Numbered from the whole stretch's first letter, positions 1 through 13,520 are shown. The stretch is 63,755 bases of DNA, filler included, from Phoronis australis (GCA_002633005.1; 7 parts of 7 records of this genome joined end to end with filler, not necessarily neighbours in it), one strand, 5' to 3'. Notes: generated from the sequence alone by a model not told the origin. Program-made: numbers and translations.

Positions 1-30
<30 letters not shown>
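1..30. repeat. (GT)15 microsatellite, truncated by window edge
   Basis: Direct reading. Confidence 0.95.
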
Positions 31-35
<5 letters not shown>

Positions 36-1142
36 GGGAGATAGCCATTCATTTTGATCCACTTTCCTTTCCGCTTTTATATGTTTTTATTTAGCAAGAC
101 TTAAGCGCCTTGTATCGGATCAATTTATCATTACCTTTGCTCGCTTATTTAGAACTTACTTTTGTCATAATGGTGGTGCAGTCGAGACGTTTCTTTAACC
201 TCGACTGGCAATAGACAATCCTAACTCACTACTAACTTCAATTCGAGATTATATGAGATGCGCGCGCAGATCGATGAGTCATCAGCGTGTGGATTCTGAT
301 GGTGCAATACATATAGATAATAATAATAATAATAATAATATAGAATGTCACTATGTAAATCCTCTGCCTTAACGCGTGCGCCTGAGCACGTGGAAAACAA
401 AAACTAAAGTTCATGAAACTGGAAAATGTTAATTTGAAGTAGAACAACATGTTGATTTTTATAAATGGCTATCTTTTAGATTAACTGTTTACATTCGACA
501 ACGTTTTTACGACTGCCGCAAATGCAGCCCGGTTACTTAAATTGAGCAAAACAGCAATTCGTTGTTCCAATACTTATTAACAAGTACATATATAATAACT
601 GAACCAACTTTAGAATTTTTATTTTAATAGGCGCAACAAAAACAAATATGTTTGCTCCTGTCGTTTGAAATGTCGCACTTACACGCATAACAGTTTTGAT
701 TTTAAGGTGTCTTGAAGGTGACAGTGGCAGGCATTTTCCACCATTCTATTAATCTCGCAGACACTGGGCCACATACAAATACATGTAGTTACCACACTTT
801 TTGTATTTATATCTCTTCATCCTTTACAAGTCAATGTGAAAACTCGGAATGTTTGCTACTCAGCAACCTCACATTGAAAGTGCGAATTGGACAAGTCATC
901 CGCCACCATGAGATCAGGCCCTTCGACGCATGTGCACTTTAACCTTTGGCCATCAAGTTCCTCGTAATACGTTTCGCCGTAATTCATGTGGAGATTGCCT
1001 TCACGAGCGCAACCTTAAGATAAAGGCATGATAATCAATCGAGTGATAATTTAGCCTACATAATGATCGCGGACTGTTGTGTGCTGTCCAAACCAATTCG
1101 GAAGAAAGTGATCTTTCTGTAATACTGTATGGGTTTACTTAA

Positions 1143-1664
1143 AGAGGCCTGGAACACGATAAACAGACTACATTGCGCTATCGAAAGTAGTTCTCTTCCA
1201 CTGAAACAGAATGCAACCTGCACACCAGGTATTTTTCGGGTTTGTTCATGAAGATGTTTCACTTCTGTTGATATCAAAGCATATTATGAGATCTGTCAAC
1301 TGCTCGCCACTTCGTCCATTTTCGCCCTCAAGGTAAAGCACGTCTCCTTATTTGGTATTTCAAGACACAGCGTAGCACATTTCTCTTGCATGGAAAATAT
1401 GACCTTTGACTCCAAACGACTTCAAGCAACTGACTGTGAACGCATGCGCTCATTTAGAATCAGTGGGAAGGAGGTTAGAAACTTTGTGGTTACCACAGTT
1501 TTTTTCCTACTCGCGCCTTTAAAAAATCATGAATTTTGGGTTTTTTGTGGAAATTTCCTCACAAGGTGCTGTGAATTACATTTGTACTAGATGTTGGAAG
1601 ATGGTACTTTTGTCAGGAATTGCTTTAAAGATATTTTTGACGAGCTTTCGCGTCCCATGTCTCT
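1143..1664. mobile_element. Kolobok-type non-autonomous DNA transposon (MITE)
   Basis: TTAA on both flanks; imperfect TIR AGAGGCCTGGAACACGA vs reverse complement of right end AGAGACATGGGACGCGA. Confidence 0.65.
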
Positions 1665-4317
1665 TTAAGCGGTAATCGGATAAGCATAAAACGTGACTTC
1701 AGGCATCTTATTCTTATTCAATTTCGTTAATGATAATCATCCTTCCAATTTGTTCTGATTGTAACGTTCTTATATTTTTCGTATGTGCAGTATTCGAACG
1801 TTAATTCAACAAGATGATTAAGTTCTCTGACGAGTTCTCATCGATGTTTAATGATGGATTAACTATTGTAAAACTCCAACGTTCCAGGTTAGGTAATGCA
1901 ATGAGAAATTATCTGTTCATTCAAATGTTGCATATTAAACGACTAAACGTGTATACCTCGTCGATTGCAGATCGCCTGCGGTGGGACTTTCCCGTAAAGA
2001 TCTCCTGGCAAAGTAACATACCACGGAACTGACAGTTGACACACACAGTCCAACTTGAGCCCGCCCACTGTCTCCACCCACTTGTCGCTCCTCTTGCGAA
2101 TGCGAAAACTGAGATCTTTACATTCTAGTGAAGAAAAGAAACGCTAAATTAACTTCGATATATATTGCTTAATACGTGTACCTGTTGTTTTATTACGTCA
2201 AATCTGGAAAGCGTTCCGTAAAAGCAATAAGTGATTAAATTCACTCCTGTAATGAAGCCCTTTGAAAAAGCGTTATGGGTGAGTGAGATTCCAGTTTTAG
2301 TGAATGTTTGGGATATAAAAAGTTCGAGAACTTTCTTGTTTTGAAGCGTATTTACGGACTGGGGTACCATTCCTTTTCTGCGATAAGATGCAGTTGCTAG
2401 CTAGACTATGAAGCGTTTTCACAATATCTTTCCATAACCATGTCCAATTTCAAATTAGTCAAAGTCGAAGTTTTTTACAGAGCTACAGTTGAACAAGAAG
2501 CACACACAGTGGGAATGTTTAGCTACAGATTCGCGCCTACTAGTCTCGTTTATGTCCATTTCGAATCATTACAAAAGTGTGTCAGCCGCATACTTTTTAA
2601 TCTTCGAAAAACTACACCAATCATGAAATGCGTTTTTCCGCCTTTGCAAGGAAGGAGGATTTAATTTCGGATACGGCTACTAGTTTCGAAGTGTTTTTAA
2701 GTTAGAGTATTTTGTTGATCTACTACGGAAACCAACATTTGACTATAGCATGTGACACAAGGGACTTGAACACAAATAGGGTAATTTTGATAATTGTTAG
2801 AACGATTATTGTCGGTGTCAGTTTTGCATATATAGACTTTCATGACTGGAAGTCCAGTTTCAAACTTTGGCAGCCGACGAACTCGGCTGGTTTATGTTCG
2901 TGATGTCCCTAATCCGCGATCGGGTTCCGAGCCACTGGGTTATACCGACTGTTTTGTGTCTCTAGAACTGAAAGAAATTGGCCAATCCAAAATCACAACA
3001 CACACCTATGCTCTCCTGTCTGTAATTCACGGAAGTATAATTATAATTATAATTTATCTTCTAGCAGAACCAAATTTAATGACCGCAACCGACCTCGGTA
3101 AGTTGGCCTAACGAACTTTGTAAGCTATGGTTCATTAAAAATTTCTATAAATCCGTAACACAGAAATAAAACAATTAGTTTGTTTAAAAATTCAATGTAT
3201 TTGTAAGGCTTTTACCTGGAATTATGATGGCGTAAAGCGATAAAGTCAAGCGATAGCCTGACACAAGTAAGCATGTTGTGAACTGCTGAACAGACTGTAT
3301 TAGAGCCTATGACGTCATTAGTTAATTTCAGCACTTACGTATGTTGTCAGGTAAAAGAACTGATCTTGCTGTTATTGAGTGGATCTACTCATCAAAATTG
3401 ATACAAAGACGTTGTTATTGGTGGCATTCTCCTTTATTGATTTAGTTAAATTAAAGAACGTATCTATACTGTTTTATTTCTGATCGAACAATTAAATGTA
3501 TTTTGACTGAGGTACATGTATGAATACTTTTGAAAATTTTTCATCAAATAACACTGTCAACTAATCGTGGGAAAGGATAAAAATCGATCAAGGAATTTTG
3601 CAAACTTCGTGACAAACACGCTGAATGCAGCAAATTCTTGAACTTTGCACTTACCTTGTGGGCAATTTGTAATATCAGTTACACAATTTAACCGTTCGGA
3701 CCTCTTAATTGTGCAGCCTTTAAACAACTCGAGCAAATAGTCAGGTACCTGCAGACACCTAGAAGAAGTTGATACAGAAGTAGATGCTAGTACCATATGA
3801 AGAACTGACTCAACGACGAAAACACTACAAAACAGTTCGGATTTACTCGATCCAATGTGCTACTCATTATTCCTCCGGTACTGCTAACGATGTAAAGTCC
3901 TTTTTAACTTCTGAAAAGAGCCAGAGCGGAAAGTAGTTTATCAACACGAGAGCGTGCCTGTGATCCCTCACGCAGTACAGAGCTGCAGTTGGTAGCCGCA
4001 CGACACTTGCGATAATGCAATATCACGTCAGTTTTCTCATGATATCGCGATGCAAACGGAGCACGTGATATCACTAGCCTTATTTACGAGAGTCTTGTCT
4101 TAATGGAAGGCAACTTGGGCCATGTAATTTTTACTATTACGGTCCCATTGCATCAGCTAGTGCAGAGATGAACATTTGACTTCCTTTTTCATTGACTCCA
4201 TGCATGTAGCTTTGCTGTCGTTTACAGCGAACAAAGCCAGCCAATATATGTACCAACGTGTATCACTTTGACGATACACGAGTCAACTGTTTCGGCCACC
4301 GTCTGATCATGCGACGT

Positions 4318-4433
4318 TTAAAATTAACTGAAAGCTACTTTCGTGCAATGAAACTAAAAAATGCGAAGTTCATCAGAAGGTAGGCCTAACTCAAATGTCT
4401 TATTTTTAATGGTGCAATTACTGCCAATTCCAT
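4318..4433 (+). repeat. Dispersed repeat fragment, second copy at about 14817-14926
   Basis: Shared string aaaattaa..gaaagctac..aatgaaacta..aaaaatgc.aagttc....gaaggtaggccta...aaatgtctta..atggtgc...caattccat. Confidence 0.6.
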
Positions 4434-5390
4434 CAACTCAGAATTGTTCAAATAAAGGTGAAAATAGTTCCCTTGGAATTGCGGCATGTGAGCGGTTCAC
4501 TGACTTAAATTATCGAGCAAAGTTGATAAAACGTGGTCAAGACTTGAGTGGCCCGTGGAAAACGAACGACAAACAGTGGTTGTTAGTTTGCCCATAGTTC
4601 ACCTGCTAACTCATAAATTGGTAATATCCGACCGAGGATACGCATACTCCGACGTCTAAGCTAGGCGACCAGTTTGCCGACCCAAGTGCCTACCGCAAAG
4701 GCGACTCAACTGACGGTTCCTAGCAGACCGCTGCTGTTCTGCAGCTGGTCGGATAAAAGATCGTGAAATGTTTGAGTAGACGTTGCCCTGATTACAATGC
4801 TCCTATTAAAGGCGCACCATGAATGATTCTTAAAAAACAAGCAATTGTAAAATTGGGACAGAGTGCAACTTCTTTGCCATGAGATAGAGCCAGTGAACTT
4901 GCTCTACTTATTCGTCTTATCAAGAAAACAATTCTTTGGCAAGTTCAGTTTCTGGGCCACAATGCTGTGCGTTCTGTTATCCTTTCTTACCACCAACAAC
5001 AGACAGGGGGACAACAATTAAAGTGGGGATCACTAAAACGGGCTGTATACATTTTGGGTGTCCAATACAACATTCATTCTACCTGCGATATACCAATGTT
5101 GAGTCTTGCCTAACTATGTTTAAGGAACGTCATTTGACTGAGCAACGAACGTGTCTTGATTATCTAGCTTACCTCTTTGAATGCACTAGACCCGTGGGGT
5201 CTAGCTGCTTTACACCTCTCACATGCTGTGCTAATGCGAACATCGCAATGAAGCAGGAGATAGCAGAAGACCACATCATATTGTCACTGTGACTGACGGC
5301 CAATTTTTCTAGTCTTACATTTTATGCTAAGGTCATTTATATAAAGTACAGAGAGTGTGTGTCCGACCTGTTATACCCTTGCCAGTGTAC

Positions 5391-5620
5391 TCTCGTAATC
5401 ACGACCAAGATTTCGCTCGTGTTTTAAGACCGAAATGATTTGCTCGTAATTACTACAGAGACTTCGCTCGTGTTTTACGAGCTCAATCATTCACCCGAGA
5501 TTACGAGCGTATTAACGACCGAGACTTAGCTCGTGTTTTACTGCCGACATCGCTGTGTCCAATTGGTTTGAAGGTCATGTGAACACCAAGGAAGTTTTAC
5601 GATCGTATTTTCGCTCGTAA
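5391..5620. repeat. Degenerate tandem array of short (T)CGCTCGT(GTTTT/AATT)AC units
   Basis: Recurrent ctcgtgtttta / ctcgtaatta cores about every 25-50 bp. Confidence 0.55.
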
Positions 5621-6613
5621 TTTTAGCAAGTACTCTTTATATTTAAAGTGGCATGGACCGCGATAAATCGTGAAAATATGTTTTAAACGACCCCTAACGA
5701 ATGTACCTTCCTGCAACATCTACTACAGAGTTATCCACTTTCCCCTGTGAGGAAATGTCCTGAAAAAATCACACAATTCATGGTTTTTGAAAGAAGTAGG
5801 CCTACGAAGAAAAGTTTTCGTGGCAGCCACTTGTTCTCTAGCTCTCTCCCACTTAAGATACATAGTGTAAATGCGAGCATGCGCTCAGTCATTCGACAAA
5901 CAGCTGAGTCAGTGACAAAATATAGGACAGCCTTGTGCTTTTTACCTCGTGCCGTGATGGAGCTGACGAATGTGTTCTGTTACGTTGCCTGATATGTAGG
6001 GCTACTCGGTAACGTCTGACTTGGAAATGTCGCTGTCACTATCAGCCATTGTGATCTGGTCGCTTCTTTGTGTTTTAAGCGATTAACATGGCTGTGTTAG
6101 ATTTTGTGCCTGCCTTTACGATATTTCATGATTGGACCATTACTTGAGATTTGATCATTCGGCGTTTCTGTACTGGACTATTATTCATTTACACTATTAG
6201 GCGATTTCTTAAAGATGGTTTAAAGTTAAACCTGGTTTAAACTGGACTTCGACTGTATTTAAAGATAATCTGCATTTCATAAAGGTGGTTTAACTTTTAG
6301 ATCAGTGATTTAGTAAAACCTGGTTTAACTCCAGTTCAGACGTGTTCTAAGTCAGTTTTTATTTCACCAACAAGGTATATATTACTTAGACCAGTATTAA
6401 GATCTTAAACCAGGTTTAACTTGAGACTTGGTCAGACCCAGGTTTAATACTTTTAAATATGGCAGTCTTGTACGATATAGCTGCAACTGAATAATGCTGT
6501 GGTGTGCATTTAAGACGCAGTTTTGGAGCGAGAACGGACTCTTTTCAATGTTCAGTTTTAGGACGGCACAAGATCAAACGTAACAGGTGGGAATAAGAAT
6601 TTTTAAAGGCGGA

Positions 6614-6736
6614 AGGGGTCGGATCAAGGATTTTTAAAAAGGGGCCTGGGTCAATAATATGAAAATTATAGATTTCATATCACTAAAATCAAGGGGAAAG
6701 GGGGTCCGGACCCCTTGAACCCTTGGATCCGCCTAT
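6614..6736. mobile_element. Short GGCGGATCC-type (hAT-like) MITE remnant
   Basis: ggtcggatcaagg ... ccttggatccgcc inverted ends. Confidence 0.4.
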
Positions 6737-6874
6737 ACGTAGACCAGTACGTAGTGAAGGGTGTCCTTCGCATTTTCTTAGAATATGACGGTTTGAGCAG
6801 ATCTTCATTGTCGCAAGCGCTCTAATGATATCAGTTGGTCCCCGATATAAGGTTGCCGGGCAGGGGTCCTACCT

Positions 6875-7039
6875 CAGTGTCGGATCTAGAGGGGGGACAA
6901 GAGGTCCATGCCCCCACCCCCTAAAATTCTCTAAGATTCCATTTGGCAGTTCGGGGATGCGAATGTCTGGGGGGCAAAATCCTGACTAATATTCTGCCCT
7001 GCCCCCCCCCCCTAACTCAAAATCCTGGATCCGTCCCTG
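6875..7039. mobile_element. Short hAT-like MITE
   Basis: CAGTGTCGGATCTAG ... CTGGATCCGTCCCTG inverted ends; no clean TSD. Confidence 0.5.
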
Positions 7040-7572
7040 TGTCCCCCTTTGGCCGCAGAAACGTAAAATGACAGGGAAATAAACGTGTGGATTTACTATG
7101 TTGCGGTTAATCGTGAACACCTACTTTAATGTGTGTACTTGTGATGGACACAGACAATACAAAATGAAAAATATCTCCTCATGGTATCCTAGATCTGCCA
7201 CTGGTTCCCTCGCCTTTTTTCTTTGCAATATTTTTCACTGGTGAAGTTTTCTTTCTGGCCCTTATTCTGGGTCAATATCTCTCCAAGCCTGTTGCTTACG
7301 TTGATTTGATTGGGCACCAATTTTTTGTTCTCGTTTATGACATTGAATTTTTCTGTGATCAGTTTTGGGATGGAACATTTTTCCTCGTGAGAAAAACGTT
7401 TAGCCCTTTTTTGCAAACGTTTGCACTGATTCTACTGCTGTGGGTCATTTTGTACCCACGTGATTAAGGTTTAACTGAAGCACCTCAATAGTTTCCTTGT
7501 TGGGTTAATCGGGATCAACACAGTAGGGTGGTTTGGATACATTAGACCTGTTTTTACTAAACCTGCTTCATG

Positions 7573-9949
7573 CAGTGGCGGATCTACGGGAGGGTTCAGG
7601 GGTTTTAACCCCCCCTCGGGTCAGGACCCAAAAATTAAAAAAAAAACAAAAGCGTCTCCAGCAAAATAAAAACGGCACCGCCAGCGTCTGTAAACCCCAA
7701 GTAAACCAACTAGGAAAAAATTGAGGGGGGTTCACTCTGAAAATATAGTTTTTTGCATTGTGAATTGCTGAGTCTTTGTGGCTCATCGGCAAAACGCGCG
7801 GGGAATTATTGTGCGCGCGCTTCCGTCGACACTTCTGAAGTAGCCAAGCTTTTTATATGGATTCACCGCTGAAAGAGCAGTTCTATAGCTGATTTCTTTA
7901 GGTAACTAGCTTCTTTACTCTAAGATATATTTTGATTTGATTAGGGGAAATACTGCGGTGCCGCAACCCTGATATTCAGGCGAATTGACGTGGAACGTTT
8001 TTACCACATCTGTCATGCCGTGTCATTCTGTTACGCTCAACACGTTTTTAACTGGTGTATAGTAAAGTTGTTTTGCGCAATATCATACAGTGTACATGTT
8101 CATGTAGTATTGTGTACATGTACATAATATTTTTGAAAAAAAATCTTTTTCCCAAGAATTGCTATTGTGGCGGGCGCCGTAGTCTGGTCGCGAGTCCGTT
8201 TGAAGACACACTCTATAACAAGTTATGTCTTTACAAGGAATGACCAAGGGGGCACTCACATTGAGAAAGTGATCGCATTCGCGAAAAGTGTACAGCACCA
8301 GAAATTGCGGGGAGGCTGTTCTTTCACAACAAAGTCTTGCGGGACTCGTGCTATGTTCAATAGGCCTCCTAAGGAGCCCTAGTTCCGACCTCAACACCTA
8401 CCGTCTGTCTACCTGCAATAAGCACACTGCCGTCTTCTATACTGGGAATTTCTGCAGAAAGGCTCACCCGATGAAACGCTGATGCCCATGGGCATTTATT
8501 TGATATTAGTACTTCGGGTTTCAAGCGTCCAGACATTGGGACGTTTATTTCGAAAATTGCGAGAGATGCAAATAGGTCCTGGGATTCTTCGTCAAGGTTT
8601 GAAGTAGTCCATGATGAACGGATCAAATTTAGTTGCCCATGTAAGTCTTTTTAATGGACCTGGCAACCTCAAGGGTCTTAGTGTCAACTGAGCTGCGAAA
8701 CGAGATGCTGACATTGTAGAGGCTTACACGCTCATTGACACAGCAGTTGACGAAGTGCGAGCGTTGGGAACAAACATCGAAGATTCTGGGTAGAATGGTT
8801 CCAAGACGAGCAAATCATTGGATCCTATATACAAATTCCTCGGCAGTCCAGACAACAGAAGGATAGGACTAACGTATGAGTAACCACTGGAGATTAATAT
8901 TTTAGAGAGAAGTTTTCAATTCAAATTTTTTTGCATAGTACACTTTAGGTCTCGCGACGGACCAAGCCAGCTTGATTTGTGAAAATGTTGAGTTTCAGTG
9001 TACTTCTGGTCTCTCGGCGAACTAGTCTTGTGACTTTTTTACCAAAGTGTGCTTTGTAAAACTATTTATCTCAGCCAGTACTGTTTGGTCCATAGACAGA
9101 TCGACTATTTTTATAGGGATAATAAGCACAGGTCAGTGTACTCTTGGTCTCGTGACGGACCAGGGCAGCTTTTTGTGTACTCTCAGAGTGTACATCTGGT
9201 CCCTCTGCAATTTAGTCCAGTGTATCTTTTCACCACTGTGCACAGGATGTTTTGGTTTCGTGAAACTGTTTTCAGATGATTTGTTTCCTGGTAGATTTGA
9301 CGTTTTTCAATTGTTGTCAACGTGATTCAGCTTAATAAAGTGATACCTAATTATTTATTGTCGCTTTTTATAATAGACTATGAGTTGAGAGCACCATCGT
9401 TCGCCAGTTTTTCTCGTAACGAGACAGAACACATGTTTATTTCCGGACTAACAGTACAGGTCTTCGTTCTTAAACAACTTGAGGCTGCTGTTACGCGATC
9501 ATCTGATATTCAAGTTTTTACGCCCTGTCGGTGCTCCTTAATTATGCTCTTGAATATATGGAAATTGTCTAAACTGTATACACACCAAACTTTTTCGTAT
9601 ACGACTTTTCGTATGCTAAAAAAGTTGTGTGTAAGCAGATGTTCCAACAAAAATTTTGCTGGTGGCGTGACTCATACCCAGATGTGCACAATATGGTTTC
9701 ACGAAACTTATGTGCCAAGTTCATGTGACGAAATCGAGAACGGTTTTTAATTATCTTAAGAACAACTCCAGAGATATGTTAAGTGACAGACACTTACCAG
9801 GATGCATGGAAATTTCACTATTTCGCTACAAAAAAAATATCTTATACGGGAGGGGAAACCCCCCCCCCCCGCTCGGCGCTACGCGCCTAGGATTCGACCT
9901 TGGCGGGAATCCTAAACCCCCCCTTACTGAAAACGTAGATCCGCCACTG
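7573..9949 (+). mobile_element. Decayed hAT (Tip100/hAT5-like) transposon, copy 1
   Basis: Perfect 16-bp TIR CAGTGGCGGATCTACG; flanks TCATG/TCGTG (5-bp TSD with one CpG-type change); + strand remnant KRDADIVEAYTLIDTAVDEVRALGTNIED; colinear with 43758-45949. Confidence 0.85.
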
Positions 9950-12172
9950 TCGTGGTCTAACAAAATCAGGCTCTTTTAAACCATGCTGGTGAAATGCAAG
10001 TTAGGTCTAAAATTAGACCAGGTTGTTAAACCACCTTTATGAAATCGGCTGTATGTGTCTGAGAACGGTGCTGCATTAATAATCACAGGGCTCTACAAGA
10101 CACGACGAGACAAGATGGCTGACAGTGGAAAGGTAGGCAAGAAAAGGGGACGTTTGACTTAGTTAGTTTGATCCTGCTTACTTCGGTAGTTACCGGGACA
10201 TTGCACGGTCCCTGCACTTTAGAATCGCATAGATTCAATGAAGTAATGGTCCGAGAACTCACTGAAGGAAACGTATGTGTGAAAGTTAAATTCAGACATA
10301 AATTGACCGAGTTGCATTGTCTGTTGTCATTAGCTTAACCTATAATGATTACAGCTACTTATCGCCATATATTGACAACTTGTTTAGTTAGTTTCAGTAG
10401 ATAATTCTTTAAACATTGAGAGAAATTACAAAGCAGTGTTACTTTGGGATAATACTACCATCTCCAACTGACCGCAGTAGAGACGGTAGTAGTCCAATAG
10501 ACCTTCCATATGCTGGAAGCTTTTTGGCGAATTGTGCCACATTGATAAAACCACCATGTTGCTGAAACTAACTTCTGCGTATAGGGGTATACCTTAGGAA
10601 GACGTTGATGTCTTAAAATCTTTTGATTTTTGTCAAATACTGACTGGCATTAGTAGTTTTTTCTGTCCTTTATTAAGTTAACAAAATCATGAACTGACCA
10701 TTTCTGGGAACTGGCCCATTTCTGTATTGATTTCATCATTGCTGTAGCGTTTTGAGATCATATTGAGATCGAACTCCATGACGGAGTAAACCAATCACTA
10801 AAGCACTACACAGGTGATCACCAGAGTTTGCTAGTGCTTGAAACTTGACTGCCAGGGTTGTACCACTCATACCTGTACAAAATGATATTGTAGACGAACA
10901 AAGAAACGTATTAGAAACAAATCTTGATTATCAAAGTATATGTACGAGTTGGAAGAAATTTAAAACATCGAAAGCCTCCTAAGGTGACTATGTCTATACA
11001 GGTACTTAAGGCAACATGACTTTGATGGCTTAGTGTGTGCGAGGTACGAGTTGCCGCAAGGTTTCTTGCTGCCCCTAAAATACCATTTATGGCATCAGTT
11101 ATGGCCCAGTTCGGACAGCAATTCTGTTTTAGTCGTGCATTTTGCTAGATTTAGCACAAAACAGGTACAAAGTCATGCCTCATGGTTGTAGCCGTGTTTA
11201 CCTTGTTGCACCTTATTTTCTGACCTATGTATAAAGTGGTTTTATAATCTGCGAGATCAAGAGGCCTACCTTCACGAAAGATATCATGCATCATCTGTAA
11301 CAAAATCCACTGCCAAAACCACATTAATCCAAATTTCGCTGCCCTAAAAATGTTTACGAATTAAAAGCGCAAACGTTTGTTGATCGATCTTCAAAATTCA
11401 AAAATACATCAATTGGGGACAATTGTTGGCTACAAATTCACAACAAAAAATTAAGTAATGAATTGCACTCGCAATTTATGTGACGGCGATTAATATATAG
11501 TTTGGTTATTATCGTGGCGAATTGTACCATCTGTATGCTTTGACATCTTTATCCGTAGTTAATAACTAGGTTACTATAATTTCATTTTTGCACTGTAGGT
11601 ATGAAGTGGCACAAAGTGAAAGACTGGCAACAATCTCTAGAGAAGTGTCCGCAGAGTCTGAACCTGAAGCTGTATATGCAACACCTGCAACTCCCCAGTT
11701 TGTTCAAAAGTATTCTAGAAATTATTATTTCAATGAATGTGTGTTGTCGACCAGTGTCTTCACCTACTAGTATTTGTGGCTACGAAAATACATGACATGA
11801 AAATTTGTGTCAGTTGAAAATTTCAAGTCAATTGTTTTGTGAGGGTAACGAATTTAAATAAAATCATTCCACCTTGCCATGGTTTGAAATATTACTGAAC
11901 GTGCGCTCAAAAAGCCTTAACTGGCTTGGACTATGGACTGAATGCTAGTATTTTCATCGCGACTTTGCTTTGCTAACTTTGTTCTACGTTGAACTTGATT
12001 TTATTGTACCTTATTAACACTTGGATTATTGTGAAGATTTTGTAACTTGTTTAACTGAACTGACTCTGAACTTACTCGCTAAGCATTGTCCTTAAAACAC
12101 GTTGAAAAGTAACCAAATTTTCTTGATGTTATCTTTACAGATATGACTGTGCTACTGCTGTTGAAAAGCCTG

Positions 12173-12606
12173 TGGCCGGTTGCATGAAACAGTCCCAAAT
12201 CGGGACTCAGCTAAGGTCTCTAAGTCTTTTTTGCGTATTTGTGTCTTCATGGACTCACAGGTGCAATATTTTTCAATAATTTCATCTTTATTATGAGCTC
12301 CTCTTTGATTAATGGCATTTTCTAATAATTTAACTTAAAATTGAGCCCAGAGTGCATTGAAAATATATAGGGTCTCATTCCTTAAATGGGGGGGTGTTGC
12401 ATGAAAAGATCCCTAATTATTTTCGATAGTATTGACAGTTCAACGAAGGGTTCACTCTTGATTTGCATCAAAGACTAAAGTTCACTTACTAATGAAACTA
12501 AAACAATACAAAAAGGGCAATCGATGTTTTCACAAGTCCAAAAATACGCAGTAGATTTAGAGAACTTAGCTGAGTCCCTATTTGGGACGTTTCATGCAAC
12601 CGGGCT
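12173..12606. mobile_element. PIF/Harbinger MITE
   Basis: About 50-bp TIR (GCCGGTTGCATGAAACAGTCCCAAAT.GGGACTCAGCTAAG); CTG on both flanks (CWG-type TSD). Confidence 0.8.
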
Positions 12607-13276
12607 CTGGGACCTCAAAACTAGTCTCCTCCACACCTACTGGTTTACATCCATCAACATTACTTAGGTGAGAAACTATAATTCAAAATGAATTACTCTA
12701 CTTTTAATTATTGAATTATTTACTGACAATGCTTTAGAAACATGGGATTTCAAGACTTAAAAATTTAAGAGCCGTCGGCTCATTTGACCATGTCTTTAAC
12801 TATTGTGACCTTCTAAACTGCACCGATTGAAATATCCCTGTAAAACGGGAATACATGTAATATAAGTCAATCAAACATACAAACTTCGATTCATATGTGC
12901 GAACCATTGTAACATTCGTAGTAACACTTGAATCGTAGATACAAACCACATCAAATGTATGAATAAAAATCCATGCATGTAAACCAAAGAAACAGATGAA
13001 TCAAAAACCAGGGGTATGAACTAACATCACATAATTATGTAAACATTTTCTATTGATGGTGGTCATCATTCGTTTTCCAAAGGAGCCCAGCACTAAGCTA
13101 AATGGCAACATAAAATGTATCTTTGTTCTTTAATACAGGTTATTTGTGTGTATGATGTTTGTTTGTAGGCTTGATTTGTTAGTTTGTAACTTTTTGTTTG
13201 TACACACCATGTTGTGGTTCGTTCGTATGATTAAAGTGTTTTTCCGAATTATGCAATGGTTTGCGCATGAGACTTA

Positions 13277-13520
13277 GGCCCGGTCTCCAATCTCCGTACT
13301 CAGACTCGAATCATGCTCAAACTCAAACTTCATACTCAACTCGATTACAGACTCAGCTTTAATGTCCTACTCGAAAAATCTGTACTCAAAATTTCGAGTG
13401 TACTCGAACTGAAGTGTATCTCATCTATATTTCGAGTACGATTTTCAGTAAAAATTCGGAGTCTGTGCTCAAATTTCAAGTTTGGTATGGCAGTGTGCTT
13501 GAAATCGTACTCGAAAATAA
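13277..13520 (+). mobile_element. Left end of a Harbinger-like element (truncated)
   Basis: TTA|GGCCCGGTCTCCAAT followed by ACTCGA/ACTCAA-rich subterminal repeats; no right end found. Confidence 0.35.

Larger units (their letters stand above)
6198..10051. mobile_element. PIF/Harbinger-like non-autonomous element hosting nested insertions
   Basis: TIR TAGGCGATTTCTTAAAGATGGTTTAA vs rc CAGCCGATTTCATAAAGGTGGTTTAA; TAT on both flanks; internal AAACC(A/T)GGTTT palindromes near both ends. Confidence 0.55.

Noticed and set aside
965-1010. Hammerhead-like arrangement on minus strand (ctcgtga-aggcaatc...ggcgaaacgta)
   Set aside because: Core is CUCGUGA rather than CUGANGA and stem II is broken
10110-11770. 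Possible gene start ATGGCTGACAGTGGAAAG|GTAGG and a candidate exon at 11599 (YEVAQSERLATISREV...)
   Set aside because: Phases do not join, no intermediate exon found, no recognisable homology
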